In this document: positions 63,073 through 64,000 of the stretch, one piece after another
Numbering within the stretch: position 1 is the stretch's first letter
Layout of the letters: each line of letters opens with the position of its first letter
IMG/VR virus record: IMGVR_UViG_3300033463_000075
Span: 1-64,000 of that record
Source: a virus
Lineage: Duplodnaviria; Caudoviricetes
Length of the DNA stretch: 64,000 nucleotides
Direction: 5' to 3' (one strand)
Position numbers and translations under genes: made by a program
The notes under the pieces: generated by a model
Seen by the model: the letters and a program-made list of their open reading frames with translations, nothing else
Database searches by the model: none
Told to the model about the DNA's origin: nothing

Positions 63073-63170
63073 TTTAGCTCTCCTTTTAAGCGATCGTATA
63101 ATTTAGCTTATGAATATGCAAGTATAAAACAAAATCTGGGCTCGTTATAAGCCCATTTTCAAGCATAAAT

Positions 63171-63200
63171 AAAAAAAGCAGCCAAATGTATAACTGCTTT
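63171..63200 (-). terminator. intrinsic terminator
   Basis: AAAGCAG/CTGCTTT stem with A-tract. Confidence 0.6.
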
Positions 63201-63223
63201 TCTGATAATCATATATTGAGCTA

Positions 63224-63999
63224 TTATTTATTCCATACATAGGTAGCTTGTCCACAGTCATAGACTTCAACAAAGTTATGTGTTAGCATTAGCTCCTCAT
63301 TGCTTGTGCCTGTGCCATAACAACCAAATGTTTTTCCAAGCAAGGCATCAAATCCACGCTTAAATAAAAGCTTGTCTGTAATATGGTCTTGTAATTTAAT
63401 ATTATACCAATGTCTACCTATAGCTCTACTAATTTTCTTAAAGTCAAGGTTAATATAAATATTGCCTTCAAACTTGCTGAGATCACAGTAGCTTACTATT
63501 GAATCTGGATTATAATTTTCAACAAAGTAGTTAAATAGCTTTTCGCTGCCACCAACTACTATAGCACTTCCACAAAGTCTAATCAATTCCCATTGATATT
63601 TTTTGCTGTAACGTGGCTTGCCAAATGTCATAAGCATAACTATTTCATCATTATAAATAAGAGCCAGTGCAACATCAGATTTTGTATATCCTTGAAAATG
63701 GTATTTATTTAAATAGTCAGCCTCAGCTTGTGCACTAATAAGCTTTATTGTGCACTTTCTAGCACCTATAACTGGTTTTTTCTTCAAGAATGTATTTATA
63801 ATTTTATCTTGGTCATCCCAGTCCCAAATATGAATACACTGATAGCCATTTCTAACTGCAATATCTGTTTTATCAGCATGATAATATTTATCAATTCCAT
63901 GGTCTTTGCACCAAGGGCTCCAAGTAGCATTATGTGTAGCAGTAGGGTCTATCTCAATTAAAAAGTTTTCGACTTTAAAATCGTAATAGCGGCCTTCAA
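63224..63999 (-). CDS. homing endonuclease-like protein (5'-truncated by window edge)
   Basis: YDFKV...IEIDP...IHIWDWD nuclease domain followed by YLNKYHFQG...WELIRLC...SYCDL domain. Confidence 0.65.
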   Translation of the reverse strand, partial: EGRYYDFKVENFLIEIDPTATHNATWSPWCKDHGIDKYYHADKTDIAVRNGYQCIHIWDWDDQDKIINTFLKKKPVIGARKCTIKLISAQAEADYLNKYHFQGYTKSDVALALIYNDEIVMLMTFGKPRYSKKYQWELIRLCGSAIVVGGSEKLFNYFVENYNPDSIVSYCDLSKFEGNIYINLDFKKISRAIGRHWYNIKLQDHITDKLLFKRGFDALLGKTFGCYGTGTSNEELMLTHNFVEVYDCGQATYVWNK

Positions 64000-64000
64000 G

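Noticed and set aside
2338-63961. Most plus-strand ORFs in the track (e.g. 6805-7080, 26086-26673, 46839-47324, 47592-48086)
   Set aside because: Antisense shadows of biased minus-strand genes (Ser-rich mirrors of Glu-rich proteins), lacking RBS; only 20964-21419 is supported.
1-64000. TAG (amber) recoding or selenocysteine use
   Set aside because: TAG ends several genes cleanly, and TGA aligns with Trp, not Cys, in paralogues and conserved motifs.

Overview
A 64-kb, AT-rich slice of a large lytic contractile-tailed (myovirus-type, distantly T4-like) bacteriophage. Almost all genes lie on the minus strand. The supplied ORF track fragments the region because the phage reads TGA as Trp. About 30 genes only become intact with TGA=Trp, TGA falls at conserved Trp positions (GSDQIW, SDLTIGDFWG, WHDQ, VGTWLDGK), and none of the stops I checked by hand is TGA. 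Layout: (1) 1-10 kb: small acidic early genes under TTTACA/T-N17-TATAAT promoters, anaerobic ribonucleotide reductase nrdD/nrdG with an intervening homing endonuclease, two glutaredoxin-like genes, an acidic late protein and an amino-methyltransferase. (2) 10-16 kb: SNF2 helicase, a 1.8-kb non-coding control region (palindromic sites, short-repeat arrays, a GC-rich core, a candidate sRNA displaying anti-Shine-Dalgarno loops), a hidden 574-aa TGA-rich protein and a second candidate structured RNA. (3) 16-26 kb: a CoaD-CoaE fusion, putative internal head proteins sharing an N-terminal motif, HNH, ATPase and GNAT genes. (4) 26-49 kb: a complete baseplate/tape measure/tube/sheath/neck module. (5) 49-54 kb: a glycosylation cluster including a 954-aa FrhB-like/pyruvyltransferase/GT8 fusion. 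(6) 54-63 kb: ten tandem BspA-type LRR genes, one fused to an ADP-ribosyltransferase-like domain. (7) A truncated homing endonuclease. I found no tRNA, rRNA or CRISPR array. All product names come from motif recognition and gene order, not database searches.
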